From: Eledone cirrhosa
Taxonomy: Eukaryota
Assembly: GCA_964016885.1 (NCBI GenBank)
Contig: OZ024746.1
Coordinates: 74,214,001-74,278,000 of the forward strand
DNA: 64,000 bases
Direction: 5' to 3'
In this document: in pieces, positions 27,043 through 41,329 of the stretch
Layout of the letters: each line of letters begins with the position of its first letter
How positions within the stretch are numbered: the first letter of the stretch is position 1
The notes under the pieces: generated by a model
Databases searched by the model: none
Told to the model about the DNA's origin: nothing
What the model saw: only the letters and a program-made list of their open reading frames with translations
Translations under genes and position numbers: made by a program

Positions 27043-27616
27043 GAGTGAGAGAGAGAGAGCGTATGTAAGTAAGTTGAGTGAAGGCTGGAAAGATAAATAT
27101 ATTACTACTTATCAACTAATTACACAGACATCATGTCTCGAATCTGTGAGATTTCTTTAAATAATGGTCTTTCTGGTGTGTATTGTTTGTTTCATTGATG
27201 TTGAAGCTGTCAGTAGTACTGATCATTTTAACTCTGATGATTGTGATTGAGCTACTGCGTCATAGTTTCGCGTGAAAAGTCTGAGGCAATTTACCAGCAG
27301 ACATGCTATCGGGGTAGATGAGAAAAATCAGTGTGATTACTAAATGAGTACAACAATTTCAGATGTAGATTAATGGTAATGAGAATTTAGTGATTTTTTT
27401 CTTATACCTTTACTTTCAATAGTACATTGAAAGAAATGAAAGGCATGGATATAACCTCGTCCGACTTAACTTATTCTACAAATGTGTCTGCTAAAACTAA
27501 AATTCAACTTGGACAGGCAAAGGAAATATGAATTAGACTAATACAGATTTTGATGAATATCTTATTGACTTCAATATGCTTGAATTAGTGACATATTGAA
27601 CGAGTGTGTGGAATAA

Positions 27617-28040
27617 TAATGATTTCTAGAACAGTCACAAGGCCAGTAATTTGGGGGTGGTGAAAGTCGATTAAATCGATCCCAGTACGTTACTGGTACT
27701 TTATTTTATGAACCCCCGTAAGGATGAAAGGCAAAGTTATCCTCGGCGGCATTTGAACTCAGATTATAAAGGGTCATAACTCTATGCTGCAAAGCATGGT
27801 GTTCGAATCTCTACCGTTACAGCCAATCCAGCGTGTGGAATAATAATTGTTTCTACTTTTTGGCACAAGGCCAGCAATTACCCAGTGCATTACTGGTACT
27901 ATATCTTATCGACCCCGTGAGGATGAAAGGCAAAGTTAACCTCGGCGGGATTCGAACTCAGAATGGCAAGGGCCGTAACGCTATGCGTCAAAGCATGGCA
28001 TAGCACCCGACCCTCTACCGATACTGCCAATCCACCGCCT
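27617..28040 (-). mobile_element. Tandem dimer of Deu/Nin-like SINE (27617-27832 long variant, 27845-28040)
   Basis: Two reverse-complement copies; the first has an extra ttgggggtggtgaaagtcgattaaatcgat segment. gtgtggaataataat is repeated at the junctions. Confidence 0.9.
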
Positions 28041-28149
28041 GGAATAATAATAATTCAACCGTGTGGAATAATAAAAATTCCACCGTGTGGAATAATAATA
28101 AAAATACAACAGTTGTTTCCATTGAATCTAGTATTTAACACATAAGTAA

Positions 28150-29680
28150 TTTTGTAACACTATATCCTCTATCACTGAGTTTGTTTCTTCAAAAAGGTTA
28201 GAATGTGTTTGTTGAATTATAATAATCGTCTGGTACGTGGGCAACGATCTTACAGACTGAGCGGAATAGCTACAGATCGAGAAGCTACGGGGAGGTTACG
28301 ATCTGTTAGATTGCTCATGTCAATTAAGATAAGTTTTCACTTTATGGTCCTTCACAGTTATATCTGTTCTGTTGGTCTTGATTGTGCCGTCAGTGTTTAC
28401 AAGGAAATCCCATAGAATCGTCACGTTCTCGCTTTTTCCTGTTACTGCATCTGGGTGATTGTCGTACCATTTTCTCTCCCCTTTCAGACCATAGAACCGT
28501 TACATTACCCAGTGTAATTATTGTCCCACTTGATCATGCCTCATTTTATATTCTTGGCGAGTTAATAATCTGCATAAAAAATCAGGTAGTCAATGGTCTC
28601 AACATGCTCCTTACAGAATCGTCACTTAGAGACAGTTTCATTTTTATCACATTGGCTTGAAAGGTACGCATTGAAAGATGCTAGTCTTGTGCAGCTAATA
28701 TGAAGCCCTCACCTTCTGCCTTTAGCCCAGAAATCTGTAGCCTCTGATGGGGGACAGCTTGATCTACACCAGGTTCTTTGCTACGGAGGAGAACATACTA
28801 CCCCTGCATTGTGTTTTACCCCTATTTAGTGCCCAGTCTTTGTTGACCTTCATGTTTTGCCAAAATTTTGATGTTCTTTGCGGCTTAAATTGCAGAATCG
28901 CCATCATTTAAAAAAATTATTCCCATTTCTTCCGTAAACTTCGTACTTTCCTTCATGACTGAATATAACCTCTTCTTCTTTTCGTGATCTGCAACAATTT
29001 TCATCATCCAGCCATCTGTGGTTTTAAGGTTCTCATCAAGTCCAATGTTCAATATTCTGAGTTTGATCATTCCTCTAGTTCTGTTTTATCTATGGAGATA
29101 GAAGAAATACACATCTGCTTTTGGGTGTTATATTATATTACCGTTCCAATTTATAATATTGAAACTATAGGTGATAACTTGAATTGCAAGCGCATTTATG
29201 GCAGCTAGCTTATTCCTCATGTTAAGTTCAGTTTTCAAGACAACACGTACTCTCTGGTAGCATTCCTTCCTGATTCTCTCTTTGGTGCTGGCGTGGTGAA
29301 TAGCTTGGCCTTCATTGATCCCTAAATATCTGTAGGCTTCATCTTGTTCTAGTTCCACAATTACTGTATTCACGTCTATTTCCATCGAGTTTGTCCTTGT
29401 TATTCTGCCTTTCTTGGACGTTGCTGAACACCTTAACCCTATTTATCAAATCTAGATTTGCTGTCACTATTGACATACAGCTTCAAGTCATCAACATAAA
29501 ACAGGTGAATTCTGGTTTTGCTGTCTATTTTGTAGCCCAATTTGTTTTGTTGAGAGCTAAAGACAGCAGTGTGAGTGCAGTGCAAAATATCGGTGGGGAA
29601 AACGAATCACCACATTTAATACTTATGCAGCTGGATCTGTTGTGCGAACAAATCAAAGAAGTATTCAATAAATGATAAGA
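28150..29680 (-). mobile_element. R4/Dong-clade (restriction-like endonuclease) non-LTR retrotransposon remnant
   Basis: Motifs GDSFSPPIFCTAL; IHLFYVDDLKL (YVDD 29487-29498); YRYLGINE...RVRVVLKTELNMRNKLAAINALA..ITYSFNIINW; EGFILAAQD; NRTDITV (REL NRPDI-like, ~28350-28376). Confidence 0.85.
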
Positions 29681-29734
29681 TGCAGAGTGGGTATATTAGT
29701 GGAATTAGAGGATCTACTATAAGCTTTTCATTCT

Positions 29735-29811
<77 letters not shown>

Positions 29812-29852
29812 TTATGGTCCACCTGGTTACTTACCACACATCCTTTATATAC

Positions 29853-29931
<79 letters not shown>

Positions 29932-29932
29932 G

Positions 29933-30050
29933 AAGGCGTGTGGCTGAGTGGTTAGACAATTGGATTCACAATCTTGAGGTTGTGAGTTCGATTCCTGGAC
30001 CGGGCGATGCGTTATGTCCTTGAGCAAGACACTTTATTTCACGTTGTCCC
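29933..30050 (+). mobile_element. tRNA-derived SINE 5' part (CORE/Meta-like domain)
   Basis: A box tggctgagtggtt, B box gagttcgattcc, then tgtccttgagcaagacactttatttcacgttg. Same family as 60321-60660. Confidence 0.8.
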
Positions 30051-30059
30051 TTCTACCTT

Positions 30060-30147
30060 GAGTTGCGACCGATAGATAGTACCAGCAACTGGAAAGACCA
30101 ACGGAAACATTGTTTCCTCGGTCCGATTTGACGAAAGTCGATCGATA
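30060..30147 (+). repeat. Unclassified repeat 'family X' copy 2
   Basis: Homologous to 4285-4405 and 49875-49985; lacks the internal hairpin segment. Confidence 0.6.
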
Positions 30148-30192
30148 TATATATATAAATACATATATATATATATATACATGTTTATATAT

Positions 30193-30237
<45 letters not shown>

Positions 30238-30354
30238 CACACACACACACACACACACATATATACATATATATATATATATATATCTAAGGCGGGTAAA
30301 ATTCCCGAGATCCATGGACGAGTTCTCTCCAGCGGTCTCTGTCCGTCATTATCG

Positions 30355-30550
30355 CTGCCATGTCCCAAAAGTCAGCTCAAAAGTGACACAGAGGAGACTG
30401 AGGTTAGCTGGACATGCTCACCGACATCCAGAGTTGACATTGCACTCAGTGCTCCTTTGGGAGCCCCTACATGGACACACTAGAAGAGGAAGACCAAGGT
30501 TAACGTATGTTGATGCCCTAAGGACAGACACTGGTCTGTTGGAGATGCAG
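30355..30550 (+). pseudogene. RTE/RTEX-like LINE ORF C-terminal fragment
   Basis: [55 protein letters not shown]. Confidence 0.8.
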
Positions 30551-30553
30551 AAC

Positions 30554-30590
<37 letters not shown>

Positions 30591-30644
30591 TATATATATG
30601 TGTGTGTGTGTGTGGTTGTGTGTGTACGTGTGGGTGGGTGTATG

Positions 30645-30686
<42 letters not shown>

Positions 30687-30957
30687 TATATGTGTGTGTG
30701 TGTGTGTGTGTGGTTGTGTGTGTACGTGTGGGTGGGTGTGTGGGTGTATAGATATATATACATGCTAAAGATTTGCAAGGAAAACCACAAACCACAGGAT
30801 AACCGTAAATAACAGTAAATACCAGAATACTAGTGAAGCAGTAGAAAAGGCAACATCAATTTAAACAGTAAATGTAATGGTGATAGTAACAGCACCAACA
30901 TAAACAGCATCATAATCATCATCATCATCCGCAGTAGCAGCAGCAGTAGAAGTATTC

Positions 30958-31121
30958 ATAGTAGTAGTAGTAGTAATAGAGACGGTGGTGTTGGTGGTGG
31001 TGGCGGTAGTAGTATTAATAGTCGTAATAGTAGTAGTAGTAGCAGTAGTTGAGACGGTGGTGTTGGTGGTGGTGGCGGTAGTAGCATTAATAGTCGTAGT
31101 AGTAGTAGTAGTAGAGGTGGT

Positions 31122-31160
<39 letters not shown>

Positions 31161-31271
31161 ATAATAGTGGTAGTAGTAGTAGTAGTAGTATTAGAGGTGG
31201 TGAGGGTGATAGTAGTAGTAGAGGTGTTGGTGTTGGTAGTAGCAGTAGTAGTATTAGTAGTAGTGATAGTG

Positions 31272-31311
<40 letters not shown>

Positions 31312-31450
31312 AGATGGTGAGGGTGATAATAGTAGTAGAGGTGTCGGTGTTGGTAGTAGCAGTAGTAGTATTAGTAGTAGTAGTAGTAGTAGTAGTATTA
31401 GAGGTGGTGAGGGTGATAGTAGTAGTAGAGGTGTCGGTGTTGGTAGTATC

Positions 31451-31481
<31 letters not shown>

Positions 31482-31487
31482 ATAGTG

Positions 31488-31524
<37 letters not shown>

Positions 31525-31590
31525 AGATGGTGAGGGTGGTAGTAGTAGTAGAGGTGTCGGTGTTGGTAGTAGTAGTAGTAGTAGTAGCAG
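30958..31590. repeat. (GTA)n-based higher-order minisatellite
   Basis: Recurring gag(a/g)tggtgagggtgatagtagtagtagaggtgt(c/t)ggtgttggtagtag units between (GTA)n runs. Confidence 0.9.
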
Positions 31591-31815
31591 AAAGAGGGGA
31601 GGTAGTTAGAGTGTTAGAGCGTGCGATGGAGTGTATAAGGGTGGATGTGATAGTACATCCTTATCATGAAAATCATAATAAGTTAAGCTGCCACAGTAAA
31701 TGTTGCGTTTCAGACAAAAATCTGAAAATGATTAAACCTTGTACACACCTATATATATATATGTGTATATATATATGTATATATGTATATATATATATAT
31801 ATATGTATAAATATA

Positions 31816-31864
<49 letters not shown>

Positions 31865-31871
31865 GTATATA

Positions 31872-31915
<44 letters not shown>

Positions 31916-32073
31916 CACATAGACACACGCACGCACATATATATATATATATATATCTGTCTGTGTGTGTGTGTGTATGTGTATGTGTTTGTGTCTCTGT
32001 GTGCGTGTGTGAATGCGTGTGTGTATGTAGTATGTTTATATATATATATATATATACACATATGTACATGCAA

Positions 32074-32151
<78 letters not shown>

Positions 32152-32347
32152 CTGTGTGTATTTTTGTGCCTGTGTCATTCCAACCACATTTGTATATATA
32201 TACGTGCGTAAGTAATATATATGTGTGCGTGTGTCAATGTATCTCCCCCCCTCTTTCCCTGCATACATGCCTATATATCTGTTTGCACACACACATACCC
32301 TCACACATGCACACACACACATGCCCTCACACATACACACACACACA

Positions 32348-32397
<50 letters not shown>

Positions 32398-32483
32398 TAT
32401 ATATATAACGTATATAAACGTATATATATATATATATATATAACGTATATAAACGCATATATATATATATAACGTATATAAAC

Positions 32484-32535
<52 letters not shown>

Positions 32536-32621
32536 ACATTCTCATAGAGTCAACATTTGTTTTGAAGTTGTTTCCCTTTTCCATTTTCGTTTTCGAAATT
32601 CTCACTGCCACTACCTCCTTT

Positions 32622-32670
<49 letters not shown>

Positions 32671-32787
32671 CCATCAGCATCATCACCACCGGCATCATCA
32701 TCATCATCATCACCATGAACAATATCATAATTATCACCATTATCTTCATAATTTTCCTCCTCTTCCACATCATCATTATAAACATCA

Positions 32788-32833
<46 letters not shown>

Positions 32834-32855
32834 GATTCTCATTATCATCATTAAC
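32622..32855. repeat. Degenerate (CAT)n repeat
   Basis: Directly visible; source of the poly-M/D/I pseudo-ORFs. Confidence 0.95.
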
Positions 32856-33301
32856 ATGCTCTTTCTCATATTCTCGTTGGACGCCTGTTCTCACGCGGCT
32901 AGAGTTGCTATATAGGCAGTGTATAAGATAGATGAAAACACTTCACGTTTTCAATGTGTACGTAAAAGGATGTCCTGGTTGTTATTGTTGTTACTGTTGT
33001 TTGGAAGAGGAGGTAGTAAAGATTGAAGTCGGATAAAGACAGTGGTAATTGTGGTTGTGTTGATGCTGTTGTTGATGCTGTTGTTGCTGATGTTTTTAGG
33101 GCGGTGGTCGCATTGGTGATGCCGTTGCGGCATGGGGGAAATAGATAAGAGAGGAAAAAAAATAGGATTTTTATCAACTCTAGATTGCTTGATTGTTTGG
33201 CTGATTTGCTAAGTACACACATATGCATGAAGTTCGTATGCATGTGTGTATGTATGTATGTATGTATGTATGGTATGTATGTATGTATGTATGTATGTAT
33301 G

Positions 33302-33334
<33 letters not shown>

Positions 33335-33500
33335 CTGACCGTCTGTTTCTCTGTATGTATGTACATATATGTAGATATTCCCGTTAAATAGATATATATT
33401 TATATATGTGTATGTGGTTTTATGTGTACATACAATTGTAACTATATATATTTATGTATGCCTGAATATATATATATATCACTGATTTTTCGTTTTCTAG

Positions 33501-33631
<131 letters not shown>

Positions 33632-33939
33632 CAGCGTATTAGGGTGAGAGAGAGAAAGATATTGTGTATATATAATTATGTGCTTTGGTATTTAAATAAA
33701 CGACCATATTTGTGTATGCAGTTATATGACCGTCTAGGCATTAGTGTCTGCGTTTCCATTTAATAAATTCACCGAAACCCAGTATTACAATTTGCTTACT
33801 GGGTGACGTCTTCCGCTAAAACATTTACTAATAAGAATTATTGCGTATGTCTTTCACAGCGGTCTTTAATTATGTAATTTTTCAAATAAATCAATTTGAT
33901 TAATAATAGATAAAATGCAGGAAATGTTGTAAAAGAAAG

Positions 33940-34080
33940 GCAGGATTATGGCTCAACGGAGAGAGTCATGGCCTCCGCTTGAGTACCGTCCCGGCCTATT
34001 AGCGACCCATCCAACTTTTGCTAGCAAAGAATGCAGACCTTAAACGATGATGATTATGATGATAATGATAGTGATGGTGA
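33940..34080 (+). mobile_element. Diverged RTE-type SINE/LINE 3' tail
   Basis: ccatccaacttttgctagcaaagaatgcagaccttaaacgatgatgat, an RTE-like terminus with a (GAT)n tail. Confidence 0.45.
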
Positions 34081-37000
34081 GGAGGAGGTGGATTTATTCA
34101 GTTCCTGTATGATAATTCCTAAATTTGTATGTATTATATTACTAGTAATTAGACATATGCTGGAGGTCCCAGGCTAAGAATTTATAGGCTGAAACATTGG
34201 CTTCTTTATATTTTATTACGTTTTATCTTTCTAGCCCAACCACTATACAAACATCTGAATCTAGAGATTCTCTGATTACTATTTCTGATTCTATTATGAA
34301 GTCTATGTATATCGTTTAAATCAGGTCCAGATATTCCCTCGTATTTACTGTAATAATCAAAATTATATTAGCCATTGATTAATATTTTTTTGATTTTCTT
34401 TAATCTCACCTAATTATTCTAACATGATCTTTTATAACCCTAGTTGTCACATTACGCTGCCTAGTAGGATCCCCTGCAAATCTACACAGGAAAAGATGGC
34501 TAGATGTATTTTTGAACGTTTCTGTGAGCGATGGAGCAACTATATTGAAAAGTAACCGAAATTTATATTACCTGGAACTAGATAGAACGATATCTCTGCC
34601 AGCAAAGACATTTACAAATTACTATGGCATGACTTGATTATTATTTCACTTCATTGTTTTTAACTAACAAATTTTTATATGTTCCCTTTTTACATTCTCC
34701 AAACATCATTAGTTTGCAGTGTATAACATCTATATCGTTATTTGTGAACCTGCAGCATTTAATTTCTTCATTAGAAGACTGTCTTACTTACTGCACTGTA
34801 ATTTCTCGAAGTCAGTTATATTCGATGAGGCTCTGTGAAACTGTGAAATAATATAAGGCCGTCATAACCCTCGTTTTTAGTCCTTAAATAACTGCCTTAG
34901 ATTGTGCTTTGATAATCAACTGTGCAGGCAATTATATGTAATACTTATCTCTGGTTTGTTTACCCACAACGGAATCCAGATTGTAATCCGAGAATTTTGG
35001 ATAATATACATATAATAAAATGTGCTCATATCAGCACTCTTGAATATCAGTTTTAGAAACATGAGATGTCGTCGTTCTATATTACTGCACAGGCATATTA
35101 AAAATCATAACCTGGTTTCATCGGAGAAAATCAAGACTCAGCTGATTATTTAAAGTGCAGTGAACATGGACAGTAGCAGAAACGTAACATAACCAACCTG
35201 CCACAAAACAATTCAGACGTAATGTGTTATAGTGTATCAAGCTATTCTGGACCATCAAGGAGAATGTTAGCAGGGAGTACAAAATCTTCTATATAGGCAA
35301 ACATTTTCTGAAAGCCTTTGAAATCATTAGGGCTGAATACGTTATTCGCCTTACATTGCGTCTCCAGCACAATAGCATCCACGAGAGCCATATTTTCACT
35401 ACATTTGAATAAAATAGACTGTTGTACCTGGTAGATTGTGCAGTCATATATACATTTTAGCTCGTCTGCTGAGTAAATTTATTTAGAGAAATATATATCA
35501 TAAAATAGAGTTTTGTGACGTTTGGGAGCAATCAACGATGCTCAGTTGAATAAATTATATAAATTTACGTTGAATGTTTTCGAAGACGTTGCATTTTTGT
35601 GAACTGTTGCTGTGTTGCACCTATAACGAATGTATTCAAATAAACAAATACATTTGGAACAAACGTTTCTTATATTCAATTACAAGCATTAAGAGTAATA
35701 TAGAGCAATAAGAGAAAAGTACACCATATGGCCACAAATATGAACATCTATGACAAACTAAATTGCTTGGCAAGGTAAACATTTCCAACACATTAAAATA
35801 CCTTGCTGTTAATTATAGTAAATACCTCAAATGTAGGTTATGTTTCACAGATACAAATGAGCTAGCTAGTACAAGACTGATAGAAAGATTAGAAGTAGTA
35901 ATGCATATTAAATGTGGTGAGTAGAAAAAGTTAAAGCAGCAGAAACTATCCCTGCTATTTGGAGTTCGTTTACAACACAGACCTAGAAAGTATTTTCACG
36001 ATACCGGAATGATGTAATGCATATTTAGCCTTGTTGGTATTAGAAAAATAAAACATGAAAGAACGTATCTAAATAATATACTACATGATACATTTTCTAC
36101 GAGTGAAATAATAAATTAAATAGTACAAGAGCAATAATTTGATATGAGCTCATATATGCTTATCTAAGAGCTGGTACAGAAAAGAGTGGCTGTCGGTTAT
36201 CGTCGACGACCAGTGTCTCTCCAAGAACATCATCAAGTTTTCCCGCCCGCCAGTATCCCTCTATAAAACTCCAAAGAAGACTTTTCACACTGTCTGATTA
36301 GCTGTAATTGCTTGAAGCCATTCCAGTCTCCAAGTGCTCCATTTCGGTCTTTGCTTGACTCATGACTGTGGTTCTGTCAAGGAAACGAGCTGGGTAAATG
36401 GTGACCGAATTCGTTTATCGCCACCGGGAGCTGTAGCCTTAGCGCACGTCTACGCACCATTAGCCTAACGGTTCTGCAACTCCAACAACGAAAGATATTC
36501 TATATAAAACAGTGGTGGGGAGAATGAAATATATATCCACATAATAGGAGCTAGTATAAGGATTAACAAAATATAAAATTTCTATAATGTTACATATCTA
36601 TTATGAAAAAAAAAAAAAAAAAAATAACAGTTAAATATATAACTAAAATATCCCAGAACTTATGAATTGTCGGAGGCGATAAAACGCCGGATGAAATGCC
36701 ATGCTGGATTCATTCCGGCCCCTTGTATTCTCATTTCAAAACAGCATCTTGGAATTTCCTCATACGGAGAGTAATTAATAAACAATCTGTCTAGAGTGAT
36801 CGTCTGGCAGTATCACTAGAGCATCGGTCAAGACACCTTGTTCCATGTATTCCGACGTTTCCTGGATGTTAGACAAAATGTGATGCCAATGTTAATAAAG
36901 TCACTAGATTTTATTAGCAGAGTCGCCTCTGCTGCGTGTGTTTTGACTGGGTATACGTCTCGAGGATAACTTACTACTTTCCATCAGATTCCTTGAAAAC

Positions 37001-39899
37001 GGTCCGGAGCACTGCCCTTCCCATCCGATTAAACGATAAAAATATGCACAACACGCAGGAAATGTACTCATATTACCTACAGTACAAAGGTTTGAAAAAA
37101 AAAACAATAAAAAAAACACTACACATATACGTGGAAAAAAGAGCCCCTTTCAGTTTCTAAAGCAGTTAATCAAGATAATATTTTCTAAAATACAGACAGG
37201 TCATAAATTAGAGACCATTCTTGATGTAATCGATTGGTAGTTATTTCTATGACACCGAGACGTATAAAAACCCAAGTAAACTCTGGTTTGGTATATTTGA
37301 ATTGAAGCTTTAAGTGATATAAACAAATATAAGGAATGTTCCACACCTTCTTTCGATTTTCCACCAACCGCATTTTTTCTAAACATAAAGGGAGTTTATT
37401 AAATAGCCCATGCCATTTTGTTCGTGACCACACAGTATTCTCCATGGACAACTCAATCTTCGTTTAATTTAATAATAAGTATAAATGTTTTCTCTTCTAT
37501 GATTACATACTTTTCTTATCTAGATGCAAAACCGTATCCTTTGAGTAAAACATAAATGGAACTTAATTATGTTTACACCTTTCTCAAGAGGATTAGCAGC
37601 ATAAGTGATGTAAAATGATTTCAAACGTGGATAGAAATCGAGCTGGGTTTCCAGCATGCTGTGACTCTTTGCTCTTCCCAGACATATCATGCCCATGTTA
37701 TTTAGAATGCCTAGCTTAAGTTATCGTATACACTTTACAGGCAATTACATAGATATGCACATACAATTTTAGGCTACATAGAGTGTATGAAACTAATTCA
37801 TTTTTACAATAAGCAGACTAAATGAGAACAATGACGTTTAAAAAGCACTGGGTTACTAATCAGGCAACATTGCAACTTTAAAATGATGTAGAGATAATCT
37901 TTCTTTAGAAGAAATACACGAAATAAGGCATAATCAGAATTTAAAACAATAATAACATTAGTTTTGTCTACGGTTGCAGTATTTTATTTTGTAAACAAGC
38001 GGACATAGTAGCAAACATATGCAAACATTTTCTGCAGATTGTTCAAGTCTTTGATCTACTTGAGAAGGAAGTCGATGTTTCTGGCGTAGATTAAAAGAAA
38101 TTATGCCATATTGCTTGTAATTGTACTTGAGATTATGCCATAAACTGTTTGTAATAGTACTTGTCCTACTACCATAAGACAAAAAAAAAAAAGAATCTGC
38201 GGTTTTTATTGAGGATAACAAATAATAATTTGATGTGTTTGTATTTCTAAACAGTAATTGTATATACATACACAGATGAATTAAAGATGACCACAGAATA
38301 TGATTGTCCGGAGTTTTTTTTATTATCTTAATGACAATAACGCCAACAGAACATCTTTCAGTAACATAAAATAAATGAATGACATATGTCTGCAAATATT
38401 TTCCCCGCATACTTTATTTTAAATTAGATACTCTTTTATTCTTACATCCTATTTTATTGCGGTTGTTGAATAGACTTGCTATTTTATTGCGGCTGAGGTA
38501 ATACTGATGCTCAGTGAATAAAAAAATTCATGCAAAGTGACCAGTTTAATGGTTTACAATAAATATGAAATAACTAAATGGAGAGTGTGGATTTGAAAGG
38601 GTCTGAGATGTTACCCATGTTGTATACAGACTCAGAGTAAATAATCCTGAAAGGCTTAGCGGAAATGGAACACAACTCAGAGGTATGCACCCAACGTCAT
38701 TATTCGCAGTAATCGTTTACATTTGGATAGTATATGTATTTAGTGATTAACCAACTAGAGTAGACATAGTAATTTCAGGAGGTGTTTGTTGTATGGGAAA
38801 ATAGATAATTAGATACAAAGTGGAATTGGAAGCGAAACGTGTAGATAATGTTACAATCTGTTCTGTAGTTATGCTACCTCAAAGAACTCTTAATTATGGA
38901 ACTGTTGCAAAGAATCAGAAAACGCGACTATAATTTAAAATATAAGGAGACTTGTAAATAAATGTGAGACAGGGAAACAAATTTTTATTCCATTAACAAT
39001 CACCTTGCAACATTATCTACGGAGGAGAAATCCTTTCATATTTGTGACGATGTGTTCTAGGCAATGACGTTCAAAGAAACCCCTGAGCCTCTACAAATGT
39101 GGGTATCTAGACAAATATACGATTTACCAATCTTTTGGAGCGTTGTAATATTTCTAGTGGGGAGAAAAGTTGAAAAGATGCATGGGTATTGAATATTTGG
39201 AGACTAACTTTATGGCTTGACTGACGACTAATATTGAAAATGTTCAAACATCAGTGGTTTCCTTCATTGCAATAGCACTTAAATTCCCTGGGGCAAAGAC
39301 AAGTAAAACAAAACACTAGAAAACAGATTTCCACAAAGGAAGACAGTGATGTAACTTGAAATGTGAGTTAGTTTTACTAACAAAAGGAATAAGAGAATAG
39401 TTTGAATTATGTAACTTTTGTTTGCATGTATACCATTATACATTAACGTATGGTTGAGAGTTCTATGCGAGATATATATGAAGATCAAGTCAGATTAGTT
39501 AACTATTTCTTAATGTTATCTCAGTTTTCGTCAATTCTTCGTTAACATTATCTTCTTTATTACTGTTTCATTTAAAACTATAATTTCGAAATGTGTCAGA
39601 AGAACTTACTTAAAATAATAAAACTTACATCAATGGAATCGTCAACGAAAAAATATATGTATATATTGTTTCCATTACTTATCACGATGAAAGTGTTTAT
39701 CATTCTAATTGTATCATGAACGCTTCATTTTTATAACTGACATTTTCAAGTATATCATGGGAATAGAAGATATGGAAGTACGTTTTAAAATTGAATGCAA
39801 GAGTTGATAAAAGATTTTGCATACAAACCACGGCTCGAGAGTTCTAAATACGATATCTTCCTGTTGGTATATTATTTTACATTTATTTCATTACGCTAG

Positions 39900-40810
39900 T
39901 GAATATAGTTCCACTGGTGTGTCTTTAGAACTACATTTAGTTCCACTGGTATAGGTTTCCACTGGTATAGGTTTCCACTGGCATATCTTAACAGTAATAT
40001 ATATTGCAACTGGTTTATCTTTTCAATGGTATAATTTTCCACTGGTACATCCTTTCAGTAGTGTATCTTTCCCCTGGTTTAAATTTAAATAATTTCTCTG
40101 GTATATCATATCATTTATGTATCTTTCCACTGGTTTATTGTTCCATTGGAATATGTTTACATTGACATAGTGTTTCTCGAGTGTGTCATTCCTCTTGTAT
40201 ATTGCTTCAGTATTATCATCCGCTTGGTTGTACTATTTGAGTAATGTTTCTCTAGAGTAAACATCCGCTGGCGTCATGTTCCTCTGGATTAACTTTTCTT
40301 CTAGAATACTGTTCTTCTGCAATACTATTTTTCTGGTATATCTTTTCATAATAGCATATTGTTTCACTGGTGTATCATTCCAGTTGTATACCATTCTCTG
40401 CTCTATTGTTAACATCTCACATAATTCTGCTGTTATATCGTTACATACGTATACGTTCACATAGGGAAAACTCTATGTGTACATCGTTTATCTGTTTAAA
40501 TGTTACCCTGATATAATTTTAAACTCGTACATCGTTTCAACCGCATACCGTTTTCGGAGTACGCTGATTCTTTGGTATGCGCCTTGTTCTAATACTATAT
40601 ATGTAAACCGAGGCACTCTGATACAGTTCATCTAGTACATATTTAATCTAGTATATAGTTCTTCCAATATATAGTTCCTTTCTTGTAGTAAACGCCTGGT
40701 ATAGCGTTCCGCTGATATACCATTCTTGTAGTATATTATTTGATTGGTATATGTTTCCACTAGTGGGTCATTACTCTGGTAATCTGTTCAATTGATATAC
40801 ATCTGTATTA
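39900..40810. repeat. Degenerate 16-bp minisatellite (consensus ~tttccactggtata..)
   Basis: ttccactgg at 39941, 39957, 39973 and 40037, with degenerate units continuing at ~16-bp spacing. Confidence 0.75.
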
Positions 40811-41329
40811 GTACACAATCGTGTCGCTAACCTAGGCCTATCTATAATGCATGTCTCGTTAATTAAATGTTATGTGGAAACAGCAGGGCCTCTAAGAACT
40901 TGACGCATCTATACAGTTTTAGTTTATACATAGGGACCGAAGTAAACAACTTTACTACCTGAGCTATTGTATTTGTAAAGGGCAATTGGATAGCGTAACA
41001 GCTAATTGAAAAGACAGAGTTCTATATTATAGATACATAGATTGGAGGTTTGTATCTGATGCCCATTATTCAGCTGGTCGTAACTCACTATAGTTGAACC
41101 TACATGTTTATAGATATGTATCAATATAAAGCGGAAAACGTAGCTGAAAACATCGTTATTAATGTATGAGTGTCCAATAACCCCCAGATTTTAGGAATTA
41201 GTACGAATCCATGGTTGTTTAATCTAGTGTGGTAAATGTAGAGGAAGTGACAGCTGATTTCAAATAGATATATTATAATAAGATACAGCTTTTATGATTC
41301 TCGTCTTATGATACACTTGGTTGCTGTTA

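Noticed and set aside
29933-30005. tRNA gene
   Set aside because: A and B boxes are present but run into a SINE body, and no intact cloverleaf is evident; the same applies to 60321-60390.
31122-31922. 266-aa poly-Val ORF
   Set aside because: Translation of the (GTA)n minisatellite running into (TA)n.
32327-32915. Poly-Met, poly-Asp and poly-Ile ORFs
   Set aside because: A (CAT)n repeat read in different frames; no splice or domain evidence.
37958-38410. 150-aa ORF in unique sequence
   Set aside because: AT-rich, non-protein-like composition; no motif.
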